This document shows positions 49,581 to 62,532 of a DNA stretch of 64,000 nt, piece by piece; position 1 is the stretch's first letter, and each line of letters begins with the position of its first letter. Under the pieces are notes generated by a model. That model saw only the letters and a program-made list of their open reading frames with translations. It was not told where the DNA came from and did no database searches. Origin of the DNA: Podarcis muralis (lineage: Eukaryota); assembly GCF_964188315.1 (NCBI RefSeq), contig NC_135661.1, forward strand, positions 75,206,001 through 75,270,000, given 5' to 3'. Made by a program: the position numbers and the translations under genes.

Positions 49581-50163
49581 TGTAACCAGAAATGCAACCT
49601 GCTTCAAAATTCTCACTTTTCCAACTGCTGCAATGCAGTTCTTCAATCCAATAATAATAATATTTTTTTAAAATGATACCTTAGGGGAAAGTGTGAAAAC
49701 AACATACCAAAAAATGCATTATGTTCAGGGAAATGTGTTTGAAAAAAAGGGGGGGCTGTATATCCTGAGCCTTTCACACGAAGGGGCCTGGTTGAATTTC
49801 CAAGAGAACTATAGTCCAGTAAATGAGTCACAAACTGATCCATTGAATTGTGGAGAGCTGAACTTAAGCTCAGAGGAAACAAGAAGCCAAGGCGAACTGA
49901 AATGGACAGATTCGTCCAATTCTGAACTTCTAGCTACTCCCAGAGGAAGGTTCTCTCCCACCCACTTCAAAGGTTCCATTTCAGTTGAAGGAACGGAACA
50001 GAGGAATCCAGTAGAAACTGTTTGAGGAGCACTTTGTCTGGCGGAAACTGGATCTCAGTGATCTCCTCGGAGCCTCCTGGGGTGGCCTCGCTAGCACCAC
50101 CACTAGCCTCCCTGCCTCTTCAGGCTGCTGCCAGCGCCAAAGATCAGGAGAAGGAACCCCACC

Positions 50164-50639
50164 ATGCTTCTCTACAGGGGAATTAGCTGCATCCTCTCCT
50201 GCATCAGTTTTGTGCTTCTCTTGGTTGCTCAAGCATCCTCTGGGTGGGCAGTGCACGAAACAGATATCCTGGAAGCCTCATACACTGGTTTATGGACCAC
50301 CTGCACAGAAGATGGCTGCAGTTTCTTGGCCATCAGAGAATGTACAGTATGCCTGGGTTGGGCTGGGTGAGGTTGGGTTCAACAGACATTGCCGCTGCTG
50401 TTTCCCTCAGGCTTTGAATTCCTCTTTCCACATGCACACATACTATGGGTGCTGCTACTAGTGACTTGTGACAGAAAAAAAAGATGGCTTCCCTCATAAA
50501 TACAGCTAAAAATCTTTTTGTTATTTGTTTTAAAGAACAAACAAACAAACAAAAATGGAAAAGGAAAACCCAGAAGGCTCTTAGGCTGACTCTATGGGTT
50601 TTATAGTTGCTTGGGGTTTTTTGTAAAGATTTTTTAGGA

Positions 50640-50691
<52 letters not shown>

Positions 50692-52026
50692 CCGCTTTAT
50701 ATTTTTCAGAAAAATCTCAAAGTGGTTTACAGCATATTAAACATCAGTAAAAAAAATGCAGAATCAAACATTTCTGAAGGAAATTCTGCCATTCAACAGA
50801 ATGGGCTGGCCAGTCTATTCATGTTCGAAGCACATGAGCTGAATTAAGATCATTCCCTATACACCCCGGACTGGATCCTGCCCATGTTTATTCTGACTAA
50901 CTGATATGATCGACATTTGCAATTATTATACAATCACGAAGGTGCATTTATTGCAGAAAGTGCTTTAATATGTCATTGCAAATCGCTGTTGCCATTATTA
51001 TTCCACTATTCATTTATCTCTGCAACCATAGCAGCTGAATGAGTGCAGCTCTGTGAGGGGGATAAGGGGTCTCCAAATAACTTCCAACACCCTTCCAGCT
51101 ACAGCTCCCAGAAATCTAAGGGGGCGGAGAGAGAAGCCATGACTGTTTAAAGTGTTTTTGATGTACTTTAAAAGTATGGCGTGAATGTGGCCCTATATTT
51201 TAATTGTCGCAACCTACCATTGTGGCACGCTCTTGAGTCCCTCCTGCAAAAACACTGATGATCTGGAGGCATCCATACATTTCATGTCCTTTTATTCCCA
51301 GTCACAGAATTTGGGTTGCAGAAAGGAGAGACTTTCTCCATGTTTCCTGGGTGCTGTTGTTTGGGTGGGGAAGAGCTGCCTGGGACCACCCTCAGCTATT
51401 TTTACAAGTCTCTTATTCCACTTTAGTGAAACTGGACGTCGTCCGGAGCTTTATGCTCGTGGCTCTCTTTTTTTCCTTTCTGGCCATACTGTGCTCTGTG
51501 GAATCGAAGTACTGGATGAACTGCACTGAGGACTTTTTCATGGATGGCCCTATGGCGGCTGTCTTCAGCTTGACCTCAGGTACCAATTTCGAGAGGAATC
51601 ATTTGTGTCCAACTGGGATGTAGCTGAAGACAGGAGTGCCTGGCGTGCTCTGGTCCATGGGGTCACGAAGAGTCGGACACGACTCAACAACTAAACAACA
51701 ACAACAACGGGATGTAGCTGCTTTTGGGGACAAAAGCAAGGAAACTGGCGGGGAGCAGGGGGAGCACAAGTACTCGAGAACTGCCTTCTGAAAACAGGAC
51801 ATTTATTTGTCTGTTTATAGCATTTATGCCTGTCTTTCAGCCAAAAGAATTCTCAAGGGTGGCTTACAAACACCAGTTCTAAGATGGCCGGTTCCCTCAG
51901 ACTCTTGATCTAAAAAGACACAACGCATGAGGAAATGGGGAATGGGAGGGAGAAGGCAAAAGCAAACTGCTAAATTCCATAACTGCTAGCTCCTAGGGGC
52001 TGAGGCTTTTTTGGGGCCCTCACCAA

Positions 52027-52072
<46 letters not shown>

Positions 52073-54617
52073 CCTGCCTCTCAGTCGAACCTACCACATG
52101 GGGTTGTTGTGAAGAGTATTTGAGGAGAGGGAGAACCATGTATTCCACCTTGAGATCCTTGGAGGAAAAAGGTGGGATAAAGATGCAATAAATGAATACA
52201 TAAATGCTAACCTGCCGTCCTGGGCTCCGTTAGAAGGAAGGGAGGGGTATAAATTGGATAGCTAAAAAAGAACCACAGCACACCAGGGAGAATAGTGTGT
52301 GAATACCATCCATTCACCACGAGCACTGTTGCATTTGCAGGACTAACCAAATATAATATTTGAATGGACCCTAATCCACTGTTTCTTGTAGGGATCTGTG
52401 TGCTGGTCGCTGTGGTGGTATTTGATAACTCCGTCCGCGAGACAACAGAGCCTCAACTGCAGGACCCTTCTGCTAAATGGGCTTATTTCCTAAGCTGTGT
52501 TGTCTGCGCCCTTTGCTTGGGGACAGGTAAATGCAAAGGCTATAATGGTTATAATGGCTATTATAGTCCTTGGCTATAATGGCCTATAGCCAATTACACT
52601 TTAGAGTAGACCCATTGAAATTAATGGTCTTACATTAGCCATGTTAATTTATTCCAGTGGGTCTGCTCTAAGAAGAACTGGCCACAATTCATATAGAGAT
52701 AGAGGTTCCAACTTTCTCCATAAGATCTCAGGTTGGGTTACAACCATTAAAACACAGTATTGAAAACAGTTTTAAAAACAACAAAAATTTACAATCGGAG
52801 AAAGCAGGTGGGTCGTAAAAATAAGGTCCATATAGTTAAAGCTATGGTTTTCCCAGTAGTGATGTATGGAAGTGAGAGCTGGACCATAAAGAAGGCTGAA
52901 CACAGTGGAAGACAGGAGTGCCTGGCATCCTCTGGTCCATGGGGTCACGAAGAGTCGGACACGACTAAACGACTAAACAACAACAAGTGTCAAAAGCCAG
53001 GGTAAAGGGGTGTGTTCGGTGTTCAGTGAAACCTGTATAATGAAGGTGGCCAGACACACCTCCATGGGGAGGGAATGCCACAGGCTAGAGGCTGTCACAG
53101 AGAAGGCCCTTTCCAAGACCACGCACACACCCGTGCACATCTGAGGAACTGCCAAGAGGGTTAACTCTGCCAATCTTAGCATCTGAGAAGATCTGGAGGG
53201 ATGGAGGTGGTCTTTCAGGTATCTGAAAGGAGACATTCAAAGTAACCAGTTCTCATGTTTTGACTCAGAGTTTCAGCATCTTGGAAGGGGCTTGTCATGC
53301 TGAAAAGTCAGAAACAAGGGAGGCTCCCCCTCTCTCATTGACTACGGAATTTGCTCTGACAAGACATAGGGATGGCCAGAAACCTAGATGGCTTTGATGG
53401 AGGAAAGGTCTATCAGTGGCGGTTGGTCACAATAGCTATGTTGTGTCACCACTGTATGCCTCTGAATGCTGGTTGCTGGGAATCACAAATGCGGGGGAAG
53501 AACTTTTGAGCTCAGGTCCTGCTTACAGGATTCCCAAAGGCATCTGGTCGGCCACTGTGAGAACAGGATGCTGGACTAGATGGTAAAAGCAACTTACGCA
53601 AATGCCTTATATTAGGGGAAATGGCCCAGTTAAACCTGCATAGAACAATGTGTTACCTTGCAAGAAAACTGTACTAAAACGCAAAGTGGGGTTTCAGGAG
53701 GAGAAATTCTCTTCGTTTTCGAAAATTTCAAACTGCTGCAAAATGTGGATAACTAAATTTATGATTGGAAAACAAGAAACCGAGAGAACGGAAGTTGATA
53801 GGCCTTCTACACCTCAAGCCCTGAGGCTTTTTCTGGTGCCTGCAGGGTCCCACCCCCTGCCCCTCCCCCTGCTGAAAGAAACGTGGAGATGCTTACGGAT
53901 AAGCAAATATTTTTTCAGTGGCAGAACTGCATTTCAAAATTTGGATAAGTATGAATTTTGGAGGGTGGTGGTGTTTGGGTTAGCATACTGCTATAGAAAG
54001 TGTGAATTTGATAGATTTTTTACTTTAAATACAGTGGTACCTTGGTTCTCAAATGACTTGGTACTCAAACAACTTGAAACCCAAACACTGCAAACCCGGA
54101 AGTAAGTGTTCCGTTTTGCAAACTTTTTTCAGAAGCAGAACGTGCTCCATTTTGAGTGTTACGCTTCCGATTTGAGTGCCACACTTTTGTTTTGAGTGCC
54201 ACACTTCCGTTTTGGGTGTTAACACTGAAGTCTGCCTGTTTTTGCTATTTATTTTGCTTTTTTGTTTTTGCGGCTTTTTGTTTTTTAAGAGTCTGGAACG
54301 GATTGATCCATTTTGCATTACTTTCTATGAGAAAGTGTGCCTTGGTTTTGGAACGCTTTGGTTTTGGAACGGACTTCCGGAACAGATTACGTTTGAGAAC
54401 CAAGATACCACTGTATGTACTGAACCATATTTCTCCTCCCCCCTTCCTGAGAGTCCATGTGTGTCCACAGGTACCATGCTGACAAACCATGCCATTGCCC
54501 ACTCATTTCTGTACCTCTCTCTTTCTCTCTCTCCCAGGGATATTCAGCATGGTGTTGTACCAGCTCTCCCTCTGGAAACCAACAGCTTATTCCTCACAGG
54601 TGGCTCCCAAAGGGTAA
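50164..54617 (+). CDS. Gene E: claudin-superfamily tetraspan protein, 181 aa
   Basis: Kozak CCACCATG. Exons 50164-50341 (178, ...GWAVHETDILEASYTGLWTTCTEDGC), 51427-51579 (153, KLDVVRSFMLVALFF), 52392-52526 (135) and 54538-54617 (80, GIFSMVLYQLSLW...TAA). Total 546 nt in frame. Exon 1 donor is weak (T|GTACAG). Confidence 0.85.
51627..51708 (+). mobile_element. Very short Bov-B tail
   Basis: Bov-B terminus flanked by a 12-bp TSD GGGATGTAGCTG. Confidence 0.85.
54032..54413. mobile_element. Tc1/mariner MITE
   Basis: TA-CAGTGGTACCTTGG ... CCAAGATACCACTG-TA. Confidence 0.85.
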
Positions 54618-55897
54618 TCAGACACCAAAGGCCAAAAATCTAAAAGGAAGACAGCATTGTATGCTTCCCCCATTTTTGAAGTGGCACTGGATCCTTGGAA
54701 TCTACATTGACCATGTGCATTTTTAAATGGAGATGTGCACAACCGGGCCACAAGATTCACTGTTTGCATTGGATATCATCCTTCCAGCACACCTTGAATT
54801 ACATACCCACTGGACTTAGTGAGATCAGAGTCTTTGAACAACCCACGTGCAGCGTACTGCGTTTCAGCAGCACTGAAGAAGAAACGACCCTTTCCCAGGT
54901 CTCCTCTTCATTCATCCCATTTGATGTGTATTTAGACAATTTTTTTCTTCCTTTCTTTTCTTCCTGCTCCAGTGCCTTGTCCTGCTATTAAATCATTGGT
55001 TTGTATGGAAGATTGATAGCCCTCTCCACCTCCTTGATCAAACGGAGGCCAAAGCAACAAGTTACAGATCTCGCATCGCAGGGGAGTTGGACTCGGTTGA
55101 CTCTACAATTCTATTATTCTGATAGCAGGGCAAAGCAAATAGCTCATTCCTTGGTGGTGGAGCTGCTATTACAAAAGAATGCTATGGGTGAAGATGCTAT
55201 TCATTGCAGGGATGGGGGATCTGGTGCCCTCTGAATGTTGCTGGACTCCAAAGCCCATCCTTACCATCCTCAACAGCAGCACTCTGTTGTGCGGGGGGCA
55301 CACAGAGAAGACCACACGGCACTAAGGGGGGCGAGAATCTATGAATTTTGGTTCCCCTCAGCTTCTCATTTTTGCCATCTTAAATTCAGTTCACATTTCC
55401 ACAGCAATTTGTAACAACAACAACAACACCACTCACAAACATTTGTCAACATTTCAGGGCAAATTTATCGCAATATATGTCTCTTTGTATGACACTTTTA
55501 ACTAATCTTCTCAATTTTGCAAACCATTTCCTTTACCACAATGATTTTTTGTATGCTATCTTCAGTAATAGGTATGAGTAATTCCGCGCTCACTTTCCCC
55601 TAATATATGCTTTTCTATACCAAATGTTTAGTTACAGAGAACCACACTGCAAAATTCAGAGATGTGTAAATATTGAAGGATAATTGTATTTCGCTTTGCA
55701 TATTGGTATGAGAAGTGTGAATTAGATAGTTTCTGATAAAAATACAAACAAAATCATTTTTCTCCCCTATCCCTACATAAGCACAACTGGCTCTGTCCTC
55801 TACCCCCTCACAGTTGTTCCCTTTTCCTTAGCATATGAGGCCTGAGGGAGCCTCTTCACTCTTCCTAATGGTAGGACTGGCCCTGATTTCAAGAGAT

Positions 55898-58800
55898 TCA
55901 TGAATTTCCAGTAATAATATGAGAAGCGAAAGTTGCTATAAGACATTTAATAATTAAGTGTTCATCCATAGCACCACATCTGACTGAGACATGGCCAGGC
56001 CTCACAATGTATACATATATTGTAATAAAAACTACAGCAGCAACAATTAGAAGCAAGTGGGGAAATGGGGCAGTCTTGGAAAGCAAGAGGGATATTCAAT
56101 CCGAGGCAGAAACAATTGCTGAATAAAAGGTATCTTAGTAATGGATGAGATCATTTTAAGGGTTCCAGCAGGGCACTTGGGTAAGATGGCTTCTCAAAAG
56201 TGATGTCGCAGAGATGAAAGTGGGCATCTTTTCTGCAATCCAGGCTTATTCCAAACGGCTCTTGGTTAAGTGACATCACCAAACAGAACGCCCATTGGCC
56301 AGTCAGGTTTCAAGGCCCCACCTGACTGGGGAAAACCTGTGACAGGTGTCATAGCCGTGGGCTACACTCAAGGGTCACTGGGTGTTGATGGCTCTTCCTC
56401 TTGGGATGGTTTTACTTTTTTGTGGAACTTCCTGTCCCATAGCAGGTTTTGTGTACCTGGAAAAGAAATTGGGAAATGAGAAGACTAATCCTGGAAGTGT
56501 GAGAAAATGAAGCTTTTATATGAAATTGAAGCTCATTTTCTCATATATATATTCATTCATATATATGAGAGAAAACAAAGCTGACCCCACTTTACCAAGA
56601 TTGTTATCTGACTCAGAATAGGATGTACTCACCCAACACTAAGCTGAGAGAGAAGGAGACACAAGCTATGCAGAAAGCCCAGTCTGGTGCCAGGTGTATA
56701 ACATCTGCATCTATGGCAACACGGACCTCAAACAACACAATCATTAGAGAACTGACAGTGCAGAGTCCTGCAAGCAAGCAAGAAACTCTTATTAGACAGG
56801 GATGTCCCAAGACATTTTGCTGCCTGAGACAAAGGAATCTTCCACTCTTCCTCCAACCCCCCCACATGGCATGTACTAAGCCCTATGAGACTGGTGACTC
56901 GGTTTGGATGGACCTTTCAATTATAGTTTGGTTTAACCCATTGCAATTCGTTTATCTGAAGTGGAAATTTGTATGTGTTTTTGTGCATATTTTCAAAAAT
57001 AGGTGCACTTTCTTACACAGTTTTGCCTAGTATAAGCATTTTTGCAAGCAATTTACCCCTCACCAACCCCACAAGTTGAATGTGTTTCTTTAGGCTGTTT
57101 TCAGTAATATGCACATTTTTGTAATCGTTCCTTGGTTGGAAGCCAACCACTATTCAAAATTGCAAAATTCAGAGAAGGGCAAAATTCAAAAGAGAGGTAT
57201 GTTTTGGTTTGTATACTGATTTGAGAACATTGTATTAGAATGCGAACTAAATGAATCCCCTCCAACACACAATCCTTACTGGAAAATGAATCTAAGGTTC
57301 CACCAGCACTATACATTTAAAGCTGTGTCGCAGTGGCCACCAGGCCCATAGGTGTCACAGTGCCCAGGAAGGTTTTCACTACTGCTCCCAGACAAATGCC
57401 CCAGACTCTGAGCTTTCATTAAAAAAAATGAGTACATCTCTAGCTCTCCTAGAAAGAAAGTTACAAAGCAAAATGTGCAGGCAGCCTTCTAAGCAATCAG
57501 TGTTTTTAGCCAATGAATGAAGTCAGAGCTGTGATTGACAAGTAGGTTGTTTGGACACCAGGCAACAGGAATCCCTGGAGTCCTAAAGAGCTTCTGTTTC
57601 CTCCCCTTCTCATTAGTGTTCCTACTTTTGTCTTATTTTCAAGTAGTCCTTAGGATCTCTGCATTTTGCCCTTTCTTTGTCCCTTGCAACTTGCTAAAGG
57701 TTATTATCTTCAAATACCACTCAACAATAATTGTGTGTGGATGTTAAAGAGTGCTGCCCCCCCCCCCAAATTCCAAAAAATTAAATATGAAAACTTGGGA
57801 AAGAGACTTGGGCATGTTTCCTGCTATGAAGGAGCTGATGTCCAGTCACTCATTAATAATGTCCAGTCACACATGCCTATTTCTGAAGTAAGTCTCTTTG
57901 TGTTTAATGGGGCTTTCTTCCAGATAAGTAGATACAGTATTGGCATTAAGGAAAACAGAGTTCTTGTCCCATTTAGAGCTGTATCTTCACAACTTTCTAT
58001 AGTTAGTATGGGGTTAACCAGGGGCAGGAACAATGAAACAGCAGTGGCTGTACTCTAACGTTATGCCATGCTGCCCACAGCAGCCATTTTGTCTTACACC
58101 ATGTCCCCTCCATGGCAGCCATTTTGTGACTGGAACCCTCGGCACTCTCAATATTGCCCTCTGGTCCAAAAAAGTTTGGCAACCCGCTGCTGCATCATGC
58201 CATTTTCAACAGTCATGGCTTCCCCCAAAGGACCCTGGGAACTGTAGTGCAGAGAGTTGCTAGGAAACTCCCTATTCCTTTCACAGAGCTACAATGCCCA
58301 GAGCATGCAAACAGTCAAGCCCTCTTCCCAGAGAACTCAGAGTTCCTCCGAGCATACTCCACTCTTGCCCATGGCTGGCACTGTTTCTGCTCCATGTGGA
58401 GAAGCACTAAACTAAACTCACTGTTATGCTAGATAATGAAGTGCCCTGACACGATACCTGCGCAGTAGTTAGCAATGGATGAAATCATACAGTCGGGAAT
58501 CTCCTTCTTTGTGATGCGGCTTAAAAGGTTCTGTCCGCACAGTAAGGCAAAGCAGGTAAAAATGAGGGCTATTATCATAAGGCCTCGGACAGCCTCCAGA
58601 CTCTCTAGAAAAAAAGAAAGAAAAACAGTCCCATTGCAAGTGCATTCGTGGCATTATGCCAGTGCTTCTAAGAACAGATTTGCAGTGCATTCCTAGTCAG
58701 TGTATATATGAATGGGAGGTCCACATGCAACCAGGGTGGCAACTGCATGTTTAGTTAATGTAGTGCCAGGGAACAGGTGGTGCAGGTGGTGCTCCTGTGT

Positions 58801-61514
58801 CAATTTAACTGTTATTCTTAGGTACATGCTTTGATAGATGTATAGCCAGCATAATGTATTGGCCTGGCCAGCCACAGAGAAAAGGAGCATGAAAAAGAAG
58901 GGAGTGAAAGAGTTCACTTCAAAGATGAACTTTGTCTCAACTCTGTGTGAGACCCTCCCTGCCCGCAGACTGTCTTGCCAGAGTGGTGCATGCTCTGGTT
59001 ATCTCCCACTTGGACTACTGCAATGCGCTCTACATGGGGCTACCTTTGAAGGTGACCTGGAAACTGCAACTAATCCAGAACGCGGCAGCTAGACTGGTGA
59101 CTGGGAGTGGCTGCCGAGAACATATAACACCAGTCCTGAAAGACCTACATTGGATCCCAGTACGTTTCTGAGCACAATTCAAAGTGTTGGTGCTGACCTT
59201 TAAAGCCCTAAACGGCCTCGGCCCAGTATACCTGAAAGAGCGTCTCCACCCCCATCATTGAGGCCCACGGCCGAGGGCCTTCTGGCGGTTCCCTCACTGT
59301 GAGATGTGAGGTTACAGGGAACCAGGCAGAGGGCCTTCTTGGTGGTGGCGCCCGCCCAGTGGAACACCCTCCCTTCGGATGTCAAGGAAATAAACAACTA
59401 TCTGACTTTTAGAAGACATCTGAAGGCAGCCCAGATTAGGGAAGTTTTTAATATTTAAAGTTTTATTCTGTTGGGAGCTGCCAGTGGAAACTCAGCCAGA
59501 TGGGTGGGGTATAAATAATAAATTATTATTGTGATCATGAACACCTGTATCAGAAATGATGTAATCTTGGCACAGAGCCCCTACAGCCTATGTACAGGCC
59601 CTTTGCCAAGATTACAGCTCCAGCAATTCAATGAGACTTTAGCCACGGGGTTTCCGGGGGCTCTGCCCTGGCACATCAGACTGGCCTGTGCCAGGGGTGC
59701 CATTGTAACTGGGGTCTCTCACAGCAGGAATGATGGGTGGCTGAGCTAGCTTCACAGCTTACCTTTAAGTATTCTTTTATGTCCTTTAGTTATCTTTGCT
59801 TTGTATACTAGCACCTGTTGCTGTTTCTACACTTAGTATTATAGTAGTTAATAAAGTTTGCTTCTGCTCCTTAAGTGTTTGTTGCCCTCCGTTTACTGAT
59901 AATCCAAGGGACCTGATACTGCTTAGTGGTAGCTACTGACCGGGGTAATTATTGAGCAGGCAGGACAGTTAAATACAAGGTGTTCATGTGAGCTGTGTTG
60001 GCAACTGCATATCCAAGTCCTCCAAACCACTGAGATTGCAGTACAGAGTGGATGATTCCAGGCAGCCCAGAAGCAGGGCATGAGGGCGATAGCGTCTTCC
60101 CATTGTTGGCCCTCTCTTAAAGAGGAAAATGGCCAGTAAAGGTTCAATATCAGCAGTGAGCAGAAAGCAGATAAAATCTATCAGAGCAGAACTCAGAGAT
60201 TTTGAACAAACCAACAAGGATTTCTGGCTCTGCATTGTTTAATAATGGGGGAAAGGGACATTTGTGTATGCATTGTACATTCATTCTTATAACAAATTAG
60301 AACTCTGTTTGCTTTGGTAGGAAGGCTGGGGGGCAAACCAAGGAGACTGCTGAAATCTAAGAGGTGGGGGGGGGGGGTTGGCTTGGAATCCAAACCAGCC
60401 ACAGCTTCATCTCTGACGTCTAATAGTAACAGTGAACTACAGTGCAAGGCTGCTGTATAATTTATGTATTTAATCATATGAAGAAGAAGTTTACGTTAAA
60501 TAATATAAAACATAAGAAAACAACCCCTAAAATCAACAGAGTTTAAAAAGCAAGAAGACATAACAACATCACCAAAATTTAGATGAAACCAACAGTTTTA
60601 CAAACAAATGTGCAAAACAAACAAAAATTGCATGTTCCTTTAGGCTTGTCTAAACAAAAAAGTTTTTAGCAAGTGTTGAAAACAACGGGCCGGTTCTTCA
60701 CTAACTTTTACTCATAGTAGACCCATTAAAAGTAATGGACCTAAGTTAGCTATGGTCATTAATTTCAGTGACCCTACTCTGGGTTGGCTACAACCAAGGT
60801 GTTGGCCTAATATTAAGTTCCAGAGCATAGATGCTGCCACACTATAACTCCATCTACCCTGTACATTTAAAGCAATATCATACCATTTTAAACAGCTATG
60901 TCTTCCTCCAAAGAATCATGGGGACTGCAGTTTGTTAAGGGAGCTGAGAGTTATTGGAAGACCTCTATCTCCCTCTGCCCCAGAGCTACAATTCTCAAAG
61001 GGGTTTAACAGTCAACTTCTATCCCAGGAAACTCTGGAAATTGTGGAGACTCTTAGCAACTCTCAGCATACTTAACGCACTATAGTTGCCAAAATTATGT
61101 GTGGGAAGCCATGATTGTTTAAAGTGGTCTTATATTGCTTTGAATGTATAGCTGAGGTCTGAAAAAAATGCTACTTCTGCAGACAAAAGCTACTGAGTGG
61201 GTACCTAAGGGGTAAGACCGTCATTCAAGTCAACTCGTCCTAGCCTCCACTGCATGGAAATAAAACTCCTACCCAGAAGTCCGTTTGGCCCATGACCCTT
61301 AACCCAAGAAAGAACAGTAAACCAGTTGTGCCTCCTAACCGATGCTGTACGGGTGTGGTTTACAGTCCTTCTCAAAGCAAAAAAGCCACAACCCCAAATG
61401 AACATTGGATTTCACACAGTGATGGACCAGCCAGTTGGGAGATGCTATGCAGATGATGAGCAAGACGATATTGACGCAGCACATGACGCTGTATGTTTTT
61501 CTGACAAAAGGCAT
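55898..61514 (-). CDS. Gene F: claudin-superfamily tetraspan protein, ~196 aa, convergent with gene E
   Basis: Minus-strand exons 61514-61340 (175, MPFVRK...SPNWLVHHCVKSNVHLGLWLFCFEKDC), 58604-58458 (147, ESLEAVRGLMIIALIF), 56767-56633 (135, GLCTVSSL...DWAFCIAC) and 56031-55898 (134, less certain). All GT-AG, phase 1, in frame. Confidence 0.83.
58948..59530 (+). mobile_element. L2 LINE 3' fragment
   Basis: ORF HALVISHLDYCNALYMGLP...LQLIQNAAARLVTG...HITPVLKDLHW, then a (TAT)n-type tail. Confidence 0.92.
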
Positions 61515-62532
61515 TGGCCGGACTTTGGCAAGGATCTGCAGAAAGAGGAAAGGCCAACATTCAGAAGCCCTAAGAATGATACTTGGAATCTAGGTATGAG
61601 GGATATGCTGGAGGGGATCATTTGCCAGCTTGGTGGTCTGTTCTACCCCAGCATCATCATGGCCTCCAGCTATGTGGCCTCCGGTTACAGGGCATGCCTT
61701 GGCTACAACCTGAAGAAACTCAACTAGAAAGAAGTCCTTTTCTATGGTGGTACCCACTCTCTGGGGCCACAGGGGCCAACCAGATGCATGTGGGAAACTC
61801 TCCAGCAGGACCAGAGTCCAAGACAATTCTCCCTTCCCGCAGTTTTCAACAACTGGTACCCAGAAACATTGCTGCCTCCAACTGTGAAGGCAAAGCATAG
61901 CCACGATGGCTAGAAGCCACTCCTAGCCTTCATGTCCATGAATTTGTCCAATCTTCTTTTAAGGCCATCTAAGTGGGTGGCTATCACTGCCTCCCGTGGA
62001 AGTGAGTGCAATGAATTATATGCTGCATGTCTAAGGACTTTATTTTATCTGTTCTGAGTCTCCCAAGAGTCCTCCTCTGTTTCATAATTTTCAAATGTGA
62101 TGGCCATGGGGTAACCAAAGGAGAAGTTTGGGGTACAGAACCTTACAATCCTCTGCCCTTTCCTCCCCAAACTTGCACAACAGCAACAACCAGGTCAGTT
62201 GTAACTGCAGCAGGATTAAGAATGAGAAGGCAGACGTGCCACAAGGCAGGTCTGACCAATGAAATAGACCTGAAGCTTCTGTTTTCCATAGGGGCCATGC
62301 ATTTCCCAGCAACCTTTAGTCAAGCTTTAGCATAGTATTGTCTTCCCAACCATTATGCATCCAGGGACACAAAATGGAACCTCAAGTTTAGACTTGGGGC
62401 TAAAGACTGGCCTTGGTCCTCAAGTCCCCAAACAACATCGCCTTGGCTATATATATATAATGCTATATCAAAACAGGGACCAGACTTCCCCTGCAATGTG
62501 GAACTCATACCATTGTACCTTAAGTTGGCAAG

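Noticed and set aside
61583-61900. ORFs upstream of gene F
   Set aside because: No recognisable family, and no splice or codon evidence.
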